64,000 nt of DNA from Lingula anatina (lineage: Eukaryota; Animalia; Brachiopoda): NCBI GenBank assembly GCA_051362555.1, contig CM120648.1:10102587-10166586 (forward strand), in the 5' to 3' direction. The position numbers and the translations under genes were made by a program. Positions within the stretch are counted from its first letter, which is position 1; each line of letters starts with the position of its first letter. Below are positions 19,720 through 32,929 of the stretch, one piece after another. Under the pieces are notes generated by a model. That model was not told the origin of the DNA. It was given only the letters and a program-made list of their open reading frames with translations, and made no database searches.

Positions 19720-21797
19720 TCATGCAGAACGTGCGGAATCCAAATCAGTGAAAAATGGAGTGCAGCCAAGAAAACTTGCATCATATGCCAAATCCAGGAA
19801 CTCGTTCTCGTCAATACCGCCATTTTGGTTGACATCAATTTTGTCAAAGGACAAGCCAAGGTCTGCTGCGGGCACTTGGAAAACATCGAAAAAATTCGCC
19901 AGTTCTTGCACGTCCCATCCTTCGTTATCATTAGTGTCAAAAATGTGGAATATAGCTCGTATGAAAATTCTGTGTTGCCTTTGCCTTCTGGTTGTGAGGT
20001 GGCCTTCTCGATTCCACAACTTCATGTTCACTGTCTCGGTATGATTGTTTTTGTCATTGCTCAAGAAATCCAACCAGGCTTCCTGCATGACGTCATCAAG
20101 TTCACACTGTCTGGCGGTGTTCACGTAGGATTTTGCTCTCTGGATGACCAAGTCGACATACTCTCTCCTTTCCAGTATATCGTCTTTATTAACGTCAAGG
20201 TACCGGACAAAATGGTGCTTGTGGTCCTGGAACGAAAATGAAGCATATGTCCCAAGAAACGGACCTTTTTAAAAAAAATGGCTAGAATGACCTTGAACAT
20301 TGCAATACATGTGCTTAGTCAAGCTGTACTTAAAATGACATCATTAAACCTGAAAAAAAAACTTAATCGAAAAACAACTAGGATGTCTTTTATGGAAATG
20401 AGATCTTTTGTCTGTTACCTGCATTGAGAATGTTCGACATATCCAAACCGATGTTTTGCAAATGAAACCTCCCAACACAAAACATGATTTTAGTCCTGTT
20501 TAAATGTGATAATGCACGAATATATGTGCTTCCTATTTTGAAAACTTGTAGAAATGAAAACCCCTGTAATTTTCATCTTTATTTCAGTGTTCTCTAGTAT
20601 GAAGGTAAAATAAAATCCTTGTCTTTTTTGGTTATATGACCAGACAGAAAACTTATACGGCTAATATCAGAATAAGCAAAAGGGTGACTTTTTATTTGCA
20701 TATTCAGTGAATTTTAGAATTAATGGCAAACTTTTGAGTCCACGTAAAGACAATACTAGATGCAAACAGCTAAAACACAGTTCTAGCAATCACTTGGTCT
20801 GGAAATAGTGCAACGGTATTATATAAGGACTTGAAAGGCTTATTTTCACCTGGGCTCTCTCTCGACTTTTCCAGATATTTGGTATTTAGTCTAACCTTGT
20901 CCTGCCTGTTTCTAACGAGGATGCATCGCTTTTATTGACAAAAATAGTTTTCGGTCCTTATCTCTATTGTTATATAATAAGCTAAATACTGTTATCTCAT
21001 TTAAAATTCAGAGTCAGTGTCCAGCAGTGTGAAGTTAGATGACCAACTCGAGTATTTCCTATATCACACTGAGAAAGTACTTTATTATCTTTTAGATCTC
21101 ATTCTGTACAAACTATCTGCTATTGAGCCTATCTGCAGTTACCTTAAAGCACCTTCATACAGGTGATTCCGAAAGGACCACACCTGTTTGGAGAATGTTA
21201 AGGGAACCAATAAGAATAGAATTTAAATATAAAGCAAAATACTATGACCAGTGAAATGCATTATCATTATGACAGAAAATGTTGGTCGACAAACCATAAC
21301 AGTATAAGGACTAAAATGAGATTTGTAGGATTTTCAACTGGAATTATATATGTCTTGGCTTTTTCTGTGTATTTGATATCTTTCGCATAAAGCATTCTCA
21401 GAATCAGTGAATGGCGAGTTTTTCCCCTCTTTGATTTAGAAAAAAAATAAAAGGTTTTCAAACAATTTCCCCATTGTTTTAGCCAAGGACAAGACCGCAT
21501 GTACCGTGCGATACCATGTGAAATCTACAAGCAGGACCACCTTAAGTGCTTGACTTTTCTATTTCCTGGAAGGCAGTTTATTGTTTTAGAGTGCTAATTT
21601 TTAGTCACATGAAGTACAATGAAAGGAAAAGTGCTTACCTTACCAATGGTAAAATGTTTACGCGCAAACCCCGTTGACCCTAGGATGGTTTCTACATCTT
21701 TACCGCCAATTTTGGCAGTTAAAGGTACCCCGTAAGCTAAGAAAAAGTCACACCCAAAGATCCTCACAAGAAGACACACAATTATGGAACCATACAT
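19720..21797 (-). CDS. EF-hand protein of the sarcoplasmic calcium-binding protein/calexcitin/aequorin family, with putative signal peptide (~221 aa)
   Basis: Exon 21797-21639 (MYGSIIVCLLVRIFGCDFFLAYGVP.., AAG|GTAAGC) joins in phase 0 to exon 20226-19720 (TTCCAG|GAC). EF loops are DVNKDDILERRE, DTNDNEGWDVQE and DVNQNGGIDENE; EF2 is degenerate. The exon-1 link is inferred. Confidence 0.75.
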
Positions 21798-23610
21798 GCT
21801 GCAGTTTACTGATAAAACTCGACTAAATGGACTGATTATAAATTGGCTATAAAATAAGTAAGCTTCTCAAAGCCTAGTCACGTGGGAAAGCGTCAATAAA
21901 AACATAGTTTTAGAGAAACTGACAAACAACTGAAAGTACCGGTATTACATGCTACTCGAATGTTGAGTGAGCTTGTACATACATTTGTCATCTTTCACAA
22001 TGTAATAAAGGTACCTGTACAACGTTTATAGATACAATACTGTTAAAAAAACTGAAATTACAAGTTCTGCATGGCGCATCATGCTACCGGTACCAGTACT
22101 CAGAGCATATCTGTATGTTTCCTTTTCTTTCTGGATATGTGATTCATGTACGTTATAAAATTCTGGTTTGTGTCAATTTTGTCGAACGTCAGACAGAGCT
22201 CCGCTGCAGGTACTTTGAAAGCGCTGAAAAATTATCCGGTTCTTGGTCATCCAATCTTTCGTTACTATCAGAGTATCAAAAATATAGTTGTATTGAATGT
22301 CGCTCGTATGAGAGAGAGAGAGAGAGAGAGACGCTAAACTGATGATTCAAACGCAGTCAAAATTGTTTTCATGGCCATAACAGTCACGTGCATCCACACA
22401 CACAAGATTCATGTCAATTCACCGTATAGATCTTAAGGAAAAAATAAGTATTATTACTGATGCAGTAGTGTCGGCAAAGACGGATCGCCGAACAGCAATT
22501 TATAAGAACACTAGACACCTTGAAAAACGGACTCAATAGGGACAATAGTTTCCTAAATGAGTATAATTTTTTTTTCTTTGTTACGTAATCTTGACGTTGT
22601 TCACGTTTAGCACGCTTTTGGGACATGGCGTGTTTTTAACACGTCACGTATCCAAGGAGTTTTTTTTTTTCATTTTTTTTTCATTTTTTCATAATCCCCG
22701 AAGAATACCTAGATCTAGGGGCCGAAAGCTCGGATTATATATGACATCTGTAAAGTAGACCCCCCCCCCCCCCCACACACACACACACACACACGGAGAG
22801 GGAGAGATATGGCACGTAAACATTAAAAGTTAAACTGCAGCTAAACTTCCTAAAGCTAGTAGTCTGAAAGAGATGGTAGTATGCGTGCGAAGCGTGATCA
22901 GTTTATCTTCTGTAACTACAATGTACATGTAATAGACCTTAATTTCTATTAATCATTATCAGGCGCTGTCGTGTGTTGGGTTTCAAGACCAGGCACTTAA
23001 CACTATATATGTAGCAATTTGCGTGTGAATATACGTGTTCTACCAGTTTTTCATTTGTTAAGTGAAACCGATCTGGAGCACTGTCACTCAAGAACCATGC
23101 ACCTTTTAACGGCGTCTGTCCTGGTTTCCTGCATTGGGATGTCCGTTGCTGGTAAGTTATACATACTTGAAGAAAGTATAGGCCTACTTGTAAGGAAAAT
23201 GGACGTTAACGTGTACGTATATGGCAGATATCCATGGGAGACTTTCCACAAAGAAAAAAAAAATGCGTCTCGCCTGTAATGTGTATATTTTATGTAATAT
23301 TTGCATACTTTTGACTTGTTGTTTTGTACTTATTGTTATGTTGTTTTATGCCCTCTAATATTTGAAGCAACCAACAGCGATTTAAAAGCGATCTTAACGG
23401 TTATGCGGATATTAAACAAAATGCTTGTGTCACCGAAGCTGCTGAAACATCCATTTTGTGTCATTTTTGCATCGTTGCATAAAGCACACGGGATTTGCTT
23501 TTCCAAGGCCTACCAACAATTTTTAAGGTGATGTTTAAAAATGGGCTAAATGTTTTTGCTGTTTTTGTGTCTGCTTATAATGATCAAAAAGTTATCCAAC
23601 ATTGGCTTAA

Positions 23611-25583
23611 CCCTCATCCACAAGGAAATGGAACCCTACGTGAACCCTGAAACTGGGCCTCGGAGGCCCGGTGTACCATGAAAATCTGACTCCCCTAAAA
23701 TGTGACTCCCCAGTCAGATTTTCATAATGAAAATGTGACTCCCCCTATGAAATTTTGACTCCCCCCCCCCCCAAAAAAAAAAAAAAAAGTTTGCAGGTAA
23801 AACTTTTCAAGAAAAAAAAAATAATAAAAGATTTGTATTTTACCACCCAAGGAATCCCCTATGAAAAAGCTATTTATATGATATTTGATTATCATTCTGA
23901 CATCTTTTCTTTGAGGATACTTTATGAAGAATATATTGGAAGTATTTGAAAGTTTGATGGTAAAAAATTGGGTGAAAAAAAAAAAACATGAAAAATAAGA
24001 AAAATTAAGGATTTGTATTCTAACACCCAATGACTCCCCTATAAAAAAGCTATTTATTTGATATTTGATGATCATTCTGACATCTTTTCTTTTAGGATAC
24101 TTTATGAAGAATATATTGAAAATAATTGAAAGTTTGAATGGTAAAATACTGGGTGAAAATAATTTACGAAATTCTTCATTTTCATATGCATGGGATTTAG
24201 ACTCCTATGGACTCCCATTATATTTGCTGTTGTTTTTCTCATTTTTCCCAAAGCTGAATGAAAAATGGGGATTGATGATTTTAAATGGATAATAAATTTG
24301 CATTCTTGTATCCATAGGATTTTGACTCCCTATAGTCTTTCAAATATTTCCAATATAATCTTCATAAAGTACATGTTAAAGAAAGGTGTTGAAATGATCA
24401 TCAAATATTAAATAGATAGCTTTTTTATAGGGGAGTTATTGGGTGATAAAATGCACATTTTTAATTTTCTTATTTTTCATGTTTTTTTTTTTTTTTTTTG
24501 TATTTTCACCCAATATTTTACCATCAAACTTTCAAATATTTTCAATATAATCTTTATAAAGTAAAAGTAAAGATTTTGAAATGATCATCAAATAATAAAT
24601 AGATAGCTTTTTCACAGGGGAGTCACTGGGTGATAAAATGCACATTTTTAATTTTCTTATTTTTCATGTTTTTTTTTTTTAGTTTTTTCACCCAATACTT
24701 TACCATCAAACTTTCAAATATTTCCAATATAATCTTCATAAAGTAAATTTAAAGGAAAGATGTAGAAATGATCATCCAATATCAAATAAATAGCTTTTTC
24801 ATAAGGGAGACAATGGGCGGTAAAGTGCACATTTTTAATTTTCTTATTTTTCATGAAAATTTTCACCTGCAAACTAAAAAAAAATGCCAATGTATCCTCC
24901 ATTTTACATACTACAAGATCACAGCCATATACTCAAATAAAATAAGATTTATGAAGTTTTGTGGAGGGGGAGTCAAATTTTCATGGGGGGAGTCAGATTT
25001 TCATGTTACAACGGTCCTTTGCTCGCTTTACCTCCACCTGGGTGAGTATACACTGTGTATGGAACATGCTGAAAAATCATTTTTTTTCTCAAAATGGAAA
25101 GTTTCGCAAAGGTAGCACAGTCTATCAGGTATGTAATAATGATAGATTTAAACTGATATCTGCATATCAGGTGACCAAGGTGACTGATTACTCATAAATA
25201 ATAATTCCTCCAGGTCTTGAATCTTTCACAGGCAGATTTCATTGACCATACTGATAGTCATAGCACACATGATATTGCTTGTGTAAAGCATTTGATAGCA
25301 AAGATATTTGAGGTTACATAGACTTATTTATCCCATGTGGAAGTAAAATTATCAAGGGACCGGGCCTCAGAGGCCCGGTTTCCAGGAAATGGGACTAACT
25401 TTTGGAAAAGTTAATTTCTACATATGGTGTAAATTATTTAAAAACTAATTATTAATCCATTGATGGGGTATAAGTTGCTTGAGGATTACACGAAAGGACC
25501 AGGCTCAAAACCTCATGCGAACGAAGAGAGAGCAAAAGATACATGGGTCCGGGCCTTCGAGACCCCTGAAAGGTGATTGAGGG
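23611..25583. mobile_element. Non-autonomous piggyBac-like element in pentraxin intron 1
   Basis: TTAA|ccctca ... tgaggg|TTAA, with a subterminal gggcctcngaggccc motif near both ends. Confidence 0.75.
23668..25014. mobile_element. Foldback-type element with long modular inverted arms, nested in the piggyBac-like element
   Basis: ccggtgtaccatgaaaatctgactcccc is mirrored by ggggagtcagattttcatgttacaacgg. ~180-bp units are repeated in tandem in each arm, in opposite orientation. Confidence 0.8.
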
Positions 25584-27376
25584 TTAAATAACACTCTTGA
25601 ATCTAGACCAGATCCGTCTATTGGTAAGTTTTTAACCTGCACGTACTGCAGGCAGACTGACAACTAAGCCACGCCTCCGTTGACAAGAGCCGTTGCTATG
25701 AGGGGCAGAGCAAAGTTAATAGGCCATAATCTGTGTAACAGGTAATAAATCTTACATGGCACAGCAGTAAAGAAGAGAAGAAAAAATCCGTATCAAAAGT
25801 TAATTACCTTGAGATAGAAAGAAAGACTTGAAAGAGATTGAATATATATACAACAGGCGTTTTTTTCTTTTAACAGCGGTGCTTGAAGAGATTGATATGG
25901 TCTTGGACATACTTATTAATCTCATCTGTAATCTCATTAAGTCGACTATGGCATGTTTGTGGGTAGTTTGTAAAATGGTCTTAGACAAACTTCATTAAGT
26001 TGATTTAGAAATCAAAACTTCGAAAAATCCAACCTGCACTCGTTGGCGGGAACGGCTGCACAGGTAGTGGGGCAGGTGATATAAATGTGTTTTAAAACAA
26101 ATGTACCGTAATTATTTCCAGGTGAAAGCACGATCCTCCGCTGGCCTTCGCCGCAGACGGTCAAGAGCTACGTGAAGCTCCATGCAGTCACCCCGATGCG
26201 ATGACCGCCATGACAGCGTGCATGAGGGTAAAGTCTGCCTTTATTGGAAATGGCGTTACATATCTCCTGTCTTACGCCACGGCTTCTGCGGTGGACACTT
26301 TCCTCCTTGGGTACTCGGGAAATGGAGCCATCGTCCTCAATTTAATCAACTCGGGGATGGATACATCCGTGACGAAAGTCTATGATAGTTTCTGGCACCA
26401 CTGGTGCTTCTCTTGGAACAATTATGGTGGAAAGTGGACGCTATACATGGATGGCATGCCGTCAGCGTCGGGCAATGGCTACCGGTCAGGCTGGACCGTA
26501 CCAGAAAGTAAGAAAAATGCTTATCATTTATTAATTAGTTCGTTTTGGGGGTATATAAATCAGTGACATTTAAAGGAAAGGTTGTCCGTATGTATATTTA
26601 TGCAAATGGTGCTGTAGGTGACTGTCCTCAGATTCCGTACCAATTTGGATCGTGGTCCTTTTTGTCGCTTCACACATGTACTTTGTACTGCTAAATGTAG
26701 TAGGTACTAGACTTTATGTTGTATTTTCTTGAACCATCCATGAAATGAAATTAAAGAAAAATGCAGGGTATTTAATTGTTATTGGTGCAATTTTTTTAAG
26801 ATGGAGTCTGGATTGTTGGACAAGATCAAGATACGTCAGGCGGCGGGTTTGTCGCTTACACAAGCATATGTTGGTGACATCACGAGCATCAATGTATGGA
26901 ACACCGACAATGTTGACGTTGCAGCAGTGGCAAACTGTGGCGATAAGTTTGGAGGAAACGTCATTTCATGGCATGTCGTCGCCAAAGAGATTCACGAAGT
27001 GTCTACCTACAGAGAAGATCTTTGCAAAATAAGAGATGAAGAATAAAAATAATGTATCGATTTCTCACGATTTTGCTTTTCTTTGATAAAGGTACAATAA
27101 AGCATCATTTTTGCCTTCTCTAAACAACGCACTATTCTCCTTTCTTCACGATTTAAAACTTTTTCTGGTAAAAAAAAAAAAACATTTTACATGTAATTCC
27201 AAAGTTATTTCATCATTTTTGGTGCTACTGCAATGAAATTTAAAATTAAACGAGACTCGATCGCCTGACTGTAATTCTGTGAGTGTAAATATGCGGGAGG
27301 GCTTAAATCAGATATGCTTTCTCAGCCTTTAATTACGTATTCTTTTCTTCGTTCAAAAGCGTAATATTTAAATAAT

Positions 27377-27625
27377 TTACCTCCAATATTTTGATGTCTA
27401 ACAGAGCATCTTTATCAGGTAATGAGGCTAGCTATTCAGGTGAAAAGCCTCTATTCAAGAGATAAACTTGCTCCCTCCCCCCACCTATTGCTGTAGGAAA
27501 GGTAGGTAAACGTCAGTGAGGATGGCACCTTCATTTCTGTTGAGACTGGCCCCTGTCTTCTTGATGTGGATGGCTACCAGGACTTTCCTGTAGCGTTCTC
27601 TCGGCTCACTGTCAAGTACTCTCTG
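27377..27625 (-). mobile_element. Penelope-like retroelement 3' fragment (end of GIY-YIG region) followed by a decayed hammerhead
   Basis: Minus strand reads RVLDSEPRERYRKVLVAIHIKKTGASLNRNEGAILTDVYLPFLQQ*, matching the PLE C-terminal EAIHI..LNRD.G..L..Y pattern. It is followed by ttac-CTGATAA-agatg..catc-AAAA-tattg-gaggtaa. Confidence 0.7.
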
Positions 27626-28082
27626 GCGATATGTGGGGGAGCGGGGCCAATGTTTTTTTTTTAATTTTGTAAAAGGAATCTCTAATTCCCCTCCATCCCC
27701 CCTAAAAAAAGTGGTGGGTTCGCCTCAAAAATGATAGGTCAAATGCCTCCTGTACTTGTTCCGCAGCTTTAAATGTTGACCCTCTTTTGTGCAAAATTTA
27801 CATTAATGGGACATTTCACACATTTGTCTGATATACTGTAGTAAATTAAGAACGATTCTTGGAAGATAGGGACTTCAGGCTTGTTTCCCTAACCAGCTTA
27901 GATAATTCGGAAATTACCTTAGCAAATAGAAAAAAGACATCACTTGCACTCAAGAAGCATGCAGTTGTTTGTGTGGCAAAATATACGAATCTGAAGCAAA
28001 AAGCATTTTTATTTACAAAATGGATTGATTATATAATTATGGGAAAAATGAAAATAAGTGTATAGGCCCCTACAGTGCACAC

Positions 28083-28118
<36 letters not shown>

Positions 28119-28401
28119 ATTATTATTATTATTATTATAGGCCTACACTGCACATCGAATAAATGACCGTTATATCAAACTTTAATAGATACTGCAGTTT
28201 ATAAAATCATTTTCACACAGGTTCACCCGTCCACACAACTAGTATTTAATGATTCTTCATTCCAATTGATTTTAAAGCAAGAGAGTTCGCTAGATTGCAC
28301 TATTACACTACAGACACAATGAAGAACCTTGCACTGCAGATATGTTGTGGACAAAACGTGTGCTGTAACCGTATTAATACATGTGCTTGGCTAATTTGGT
28401 T

Positions 28402-28773
28402 GCTTGGTTGCCCAGCAGGCAATGTGAATAGGACCTACTTTCATAGGCTAAGAGAGTTTTTGAGTTTGGAAATAAATAGCTCCCTGGCCTCTACATGAAG
28501 GTTTTTCAAAATGCAACGATACAGTAATATTGAATATCTTGTTTTACACACACAAATTATGTAAACTGTGTCTTTAATATGCGTCACTTTTGATCCTCAA
28601 CTTAGTATGGATGGAAAATACTGTAGCTTATTATATGATAACCTTATATGATGGATACATATTAGAACTCGCCAACGGGCGACATTCGAAAAACCTCCAA
28701 GATGGATGCTTCAGTGTAGGGCATCCTGATCTTGTCCTCCATCTTGACAACTCGACCTTGACCTATGACCTTG
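28402..28773 (-). pseudogene. Orphan duplicate of CYP exon 6 plus adjacent intron, lying beyond the CYP stop codon
   Basis: Closely matches 29947-30317. Encodes VIGQGRVVKMEDKIRMPYTEASILEVFRMSPV; the donor is changed from GTGAG to GCGAG. Confidence 0.85.
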
Positions 28774-29073
28774 CTGTGTCAACATCTTTCAATATGATAA
28801 ATTAGGCTCTATCTGACATTGATCTACAGTTTTATGCACCTTCAGTATGAGAGAAATTTAAGATATATGGAAAACAAAACCACTACATAATTTGAAATAA
28901 TTCTCTTTTAAATGAAACAAAAACAGACGTCATTTTCTCTAAATAGTGGGCGGTTGTAACTCCATTAAGATTGAAAACAACCACGAGCTAAATATGCCGC
29001 GATTCTTCCACCATAACGAAATTGGCCCTTCTGCCATACGATACCCGAGCCGTTAGGTCCTTAAAGTTGAATC

Positions 29074-29279
29074 TTAACGCCTCACCGCAACCACATTGTA
29101 GGGGTACGGCATAAAGACCCCTGTGTTTATGCCTTCGATTCCATTGGGGTGTTTCTCGCCATTTGGCACCTTAAACACAAAGTTCTGCATCAACGTGGTG
29201 AAGAAAATGAAAGCTTCCATTTCGGCCAGCCCCTTGCCCAAGCAAACACGAGGTCCTGAAAATTGACGACAAAATGAAA

Positions 29280-29316
<37 letters not shown>

Positions 29317-29317
29317 G

Positions 29318-29390
<73 letters not shown>

Positions 29391-29399
29391 ATATACACA

Positions 29400-29439
<40 letters not shown>

Positions 29440-31003
29440 CGTGTGCTACAAATAAATTCTTTTTTATCAATACAGCTAACTTAATTACTTACAAAATTAA
29501 ACCGCTCATTATTCAAAAATACTTACCATCGTAACTTGGCTACATGTACCTCTCGTAGGATTCCTTTCTGCATATAATTAAAATATAATTATAATATAAT
29601 TATTGTCATCTCACCTGTGGAGAATGGTATGTAAGCGCCAGACTTGGTCACCTTCCCAGAACTATCCAGCCACCTTTCTGGTTTGAACTGGTACGGGGCC
29701 TCGAAGTTACATTTATCGTGTAATATCCGATACTGATCTGCTATCACTATCGTTCCCTTGGGAATGGTGTATCCACCCACCTCCACCGACTCGCTGGTTG
29801 CATGTGCGACGCCAAAAGGGGCTTAAGATTAAGTATCAAAAATTAATCAAGCAATTTACTTTGTTCTGTGTGAAACAAGCCTCAAACTCGGGCCTAATAG
29901 AATCTGCGACGGGAATGATGAAAATAAACGATTAAATGTTCAGTACGCTTGGTTGCCCAGGAGGCAATGAGAATACTTTCATGGGTTAAGGGTGTTTTTT
30001 TTTTTAGTTTGGAAATCAATAGCTCCATGGCTTTTACATGAAGGTTTTTCAAAATGCAACAGTACAGGTATATGCGAATATCTTGCTTTTCACACCCAAA
30101 TTCTGTAAACTGTGTCTTAAATATGCGTCACTTTTGATCATCAACTTAGTATGAATGGAAAATATTTTATCTTATTATATGATAACCTTATACGATGAAC
30201 AGATATTAGAACTCACCGACGGGCGACATTCGAAAAACCTCCAAGATGGTTGCTTCAGTGTAGGGCATCCTGATCTTGTCCTCCATCTTGACAACTCGAC
30301 CTTGACCTATGACCTTGAAATGAAAATGTTTTGTAATTATAATGGGCTCTGGGATAGGATGAGGTGCATATATCTAACGATTGCAGTTTATCCTGTCCTT
30401 TCTTCCAATCCACTGGGCATGTTCCGATAGGCTACCGTGTAGGCATATATAGACATTGTCCAACGTCACCCTGTTCCATCTGTGTTATGACCTATTGTAT
30501 TAGTTGTGTACATATAAAAATGCTGACTGTTTGAGCATTTTCATATTTTTAAGGATTATGATTTAATTTGACCCCAAATGAAGAATGTGCAGTGAGTGAA
30601 TATTTCTTGTATTTTGATAATTAAAATTATTATTCTCCTTTACTATCCAATATATTCTTTTCGGAAATTACTAGATCTCTTCAATTTAAGGCACAGGCAG
30701 GCCTAAGCCTTAGGTTAATATAATTTTCAAATTCTGTTACTGTTTATTGCTAGCACCAACGTTTTGTAGAGAAACGTCCGTGGTACAGTGTGACAACAAT
30801 TCTCGGGAAGACTGTTTGAGATAAAGTGAATGTAGAAATCAATAATGGTGAGTAATAATGGTACTAGGCCTATACAGTGGCGGATTTAGAGGGGGTCAGG
30901 GGGGACCTGACCTCCCCTTCGATTTCTGGTCCCCTCTTGAAATTAGAATTTTGAATAGCTGAATCACGGTTCTAAACCTTTTTTATTTATTTAGTTTTTA
31001 TTT

Positions 31004-31038
<35 letters not shown>

Positions 31039-32881
31039 TTTTATTATTTATTTATTTATTTATTTTTTTTTTTGCTCCAAAGCTTCATTAATACAATTGC
31101 ATGTCTCCTTTTAAAAACTGATCTCCAAGCGGCATCAGAGGAAGACGGAGACGCGAACGCTCAGGATAAACTTGTGTGGAAATTGCAACATCAGAGAGTG
31201 GACAGGAGCAACGTCCAGAAATTGTGCAGACACATCACGTGACCGAAGGGCTTTGGGTTTCATCGTCGTCAACAGTTGGACCAAGCACGAGACCCTATCG
31301 AACAGGGCCGCAGATTGATTCAACACTTAATATTCACAAATATTTGTCTAGGCAATTGTGTGCCCTTTTTTGTGCTGATACTACTGATACTACTGTGACT
31401 AAAGTTTAGTTTTAGGGTAATTCATATTGCAGTAGTTTCAAAACCAATCCAATTTAGAGACGTTGCTGTAGTTGTGAGCATTTTGATACCACTTTCAGCT
31501 CTTCACCTCATTGTTATTTTCAAATCCAGTATTAAGAATAGTGAGCCGTTTGCGTAGTAAACCGTATGTACATGTAAAACCCCCGGAGGGAAGGCTTAGT
31601 TCCCCAGCCCTGTTCAATACACCTGATGGGGACACTAAAGACCAAGCAATTCAAATAATTAATCAGAATATATTCACTCTGTAACTGAACGTGTTCGTCA
31701 AAATTTCCTAGATAAAACTTTACCAAGCAGAACAGTGCGTCAGACGAGACATGTCCTCGTCTAGCACGCTTAGACTGGGTTCCCACAGATTTAGATCGAT
31801 CCATCTGGATCGGCCTAACTCCCTGGGGGTTTACGCTATATTGCTGTCAGCTTCCGGGAGCCGAGCGCGCACAAAAGTTATTACCCCCTTACAGCTTTTA
31901 GTAAGCGGGACAGACATTTAAGCCGGTTAAGCTGACAGCAATCTAGTGAGACTCCCCAGGGGGATAGATCGATTTAAATATCTGTGGGAATGGTCTCTTA
32001 AACGCTATCAAATTCCACACGAACATTTTATTTAAAATTAATTGGAGCTAAGCGCTATCTTATGGCAATAGTAATTCTTTCAAGTGGTTTTGTAATATGA
32101 ATTCAGTGTCTAGCAGACGACATAATAGTTAAGGGGTAGAATAGCCGATTATACTGCCTCTTAAAATAACGTGATTATTCTTGATTTAACACCGTGACAG
32201 ACATCGCAGTATTTTGCACCACACAATTTTATTGCTTGACATTAAAGCTAGGCGTACACCAACACGCGTTTGACTAAGCATTGTGCGTGTTGCTGTGTCA
32301 GTAAGATGGCGGGTAAGATTGCTCATTTTGCTGTCTGTTTCTACATTTTGGTGACAACACAGCCGGTTCTATGTTTGGATACGCATATGGTGAGAACAAA
32401 CCTAGGGGAGATTGTTGGAGAAAAAGTTGCTGTTAATATTGGCGCCGGTAAGTAGATAACGTCTTCGTCATCACAAAACGGTCGCAGAAACCGTATTTCA
32501 TATATGCGGTGTCTTTGAAATTTGTCTAAAGGTGTCGATTGAAAAATAATGGGATTTCAGTGTCAATAAGCGAAGAATACTAAAATTAACATTAATCTGG
32601 ATGAATTAATGTCAGTAATGAAAACAGATCGCTGATCTTACCGTAGAACTTTGAAAGGCGCCTATTTCAAGACATTCCTTGAATATAATCACCACTCCCC
32701 TAGTTGCGCGTTTTCGTCAGGTAGGCCTAAATGCATCTGTCTGTTTGGGGTGGGAAAGCCTGTTTGTACATGCACATGTCCTCGTGTTCAGTTAGAACGC
32801 TCACGCGCAATCTAGAGTATTGGATAATGGGGTTGTAGAGATCTAGAACACTTCTACACACACACACACACACACACATAC

Positions 32882-32929
<48 letters not shown>

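Larger units (their letters stand above)
23097..27046 (+). pseudogene. Secreted short pentraxin (CRP/SAP-like) with two single-base frameshifts (pseudogene or assembly errors)
   Basis: Signal exon 23097-23151; exon 26122-26507 (SYVKL..MTACMRVKS..YLLSYAT..WHHWCFSWNNYGGKWTLYMDG, pentraxin HxCxSW signature); exon 26801-27046 (IVGQDQDTSGGGF / TQAYVGDITSINVW). Frame breaks at ~26191-26194 and ~26851. Confidence 0.85.

Noticed and set aside
19681-20241. 186-aa plus-strand ORF
   Set aside because: Antisense shadow of the EF-hand exon; no recognisable motifs.
20419-21183. Two candidate extra exons (41 and 77 nt) in the EF-hand gene intron
   Set aside because: Neither alone nor together do they keep the reading frame; the direct exon1-exon2 join is in phase.
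23700-24960. Regularly spaced repeats resembling a CRISPR array
   Set aside because: Eukaryotic context, no unique spacers and no cas genes; these are the modular arms of a foldback element.
28590-30430. Two similar plus-strand ORFs (..GRHSKNLQDGCFSVGHPDLVLHLD..)
   Set aside because: They are antisense readings of CYP exon 6 and its duplicate.
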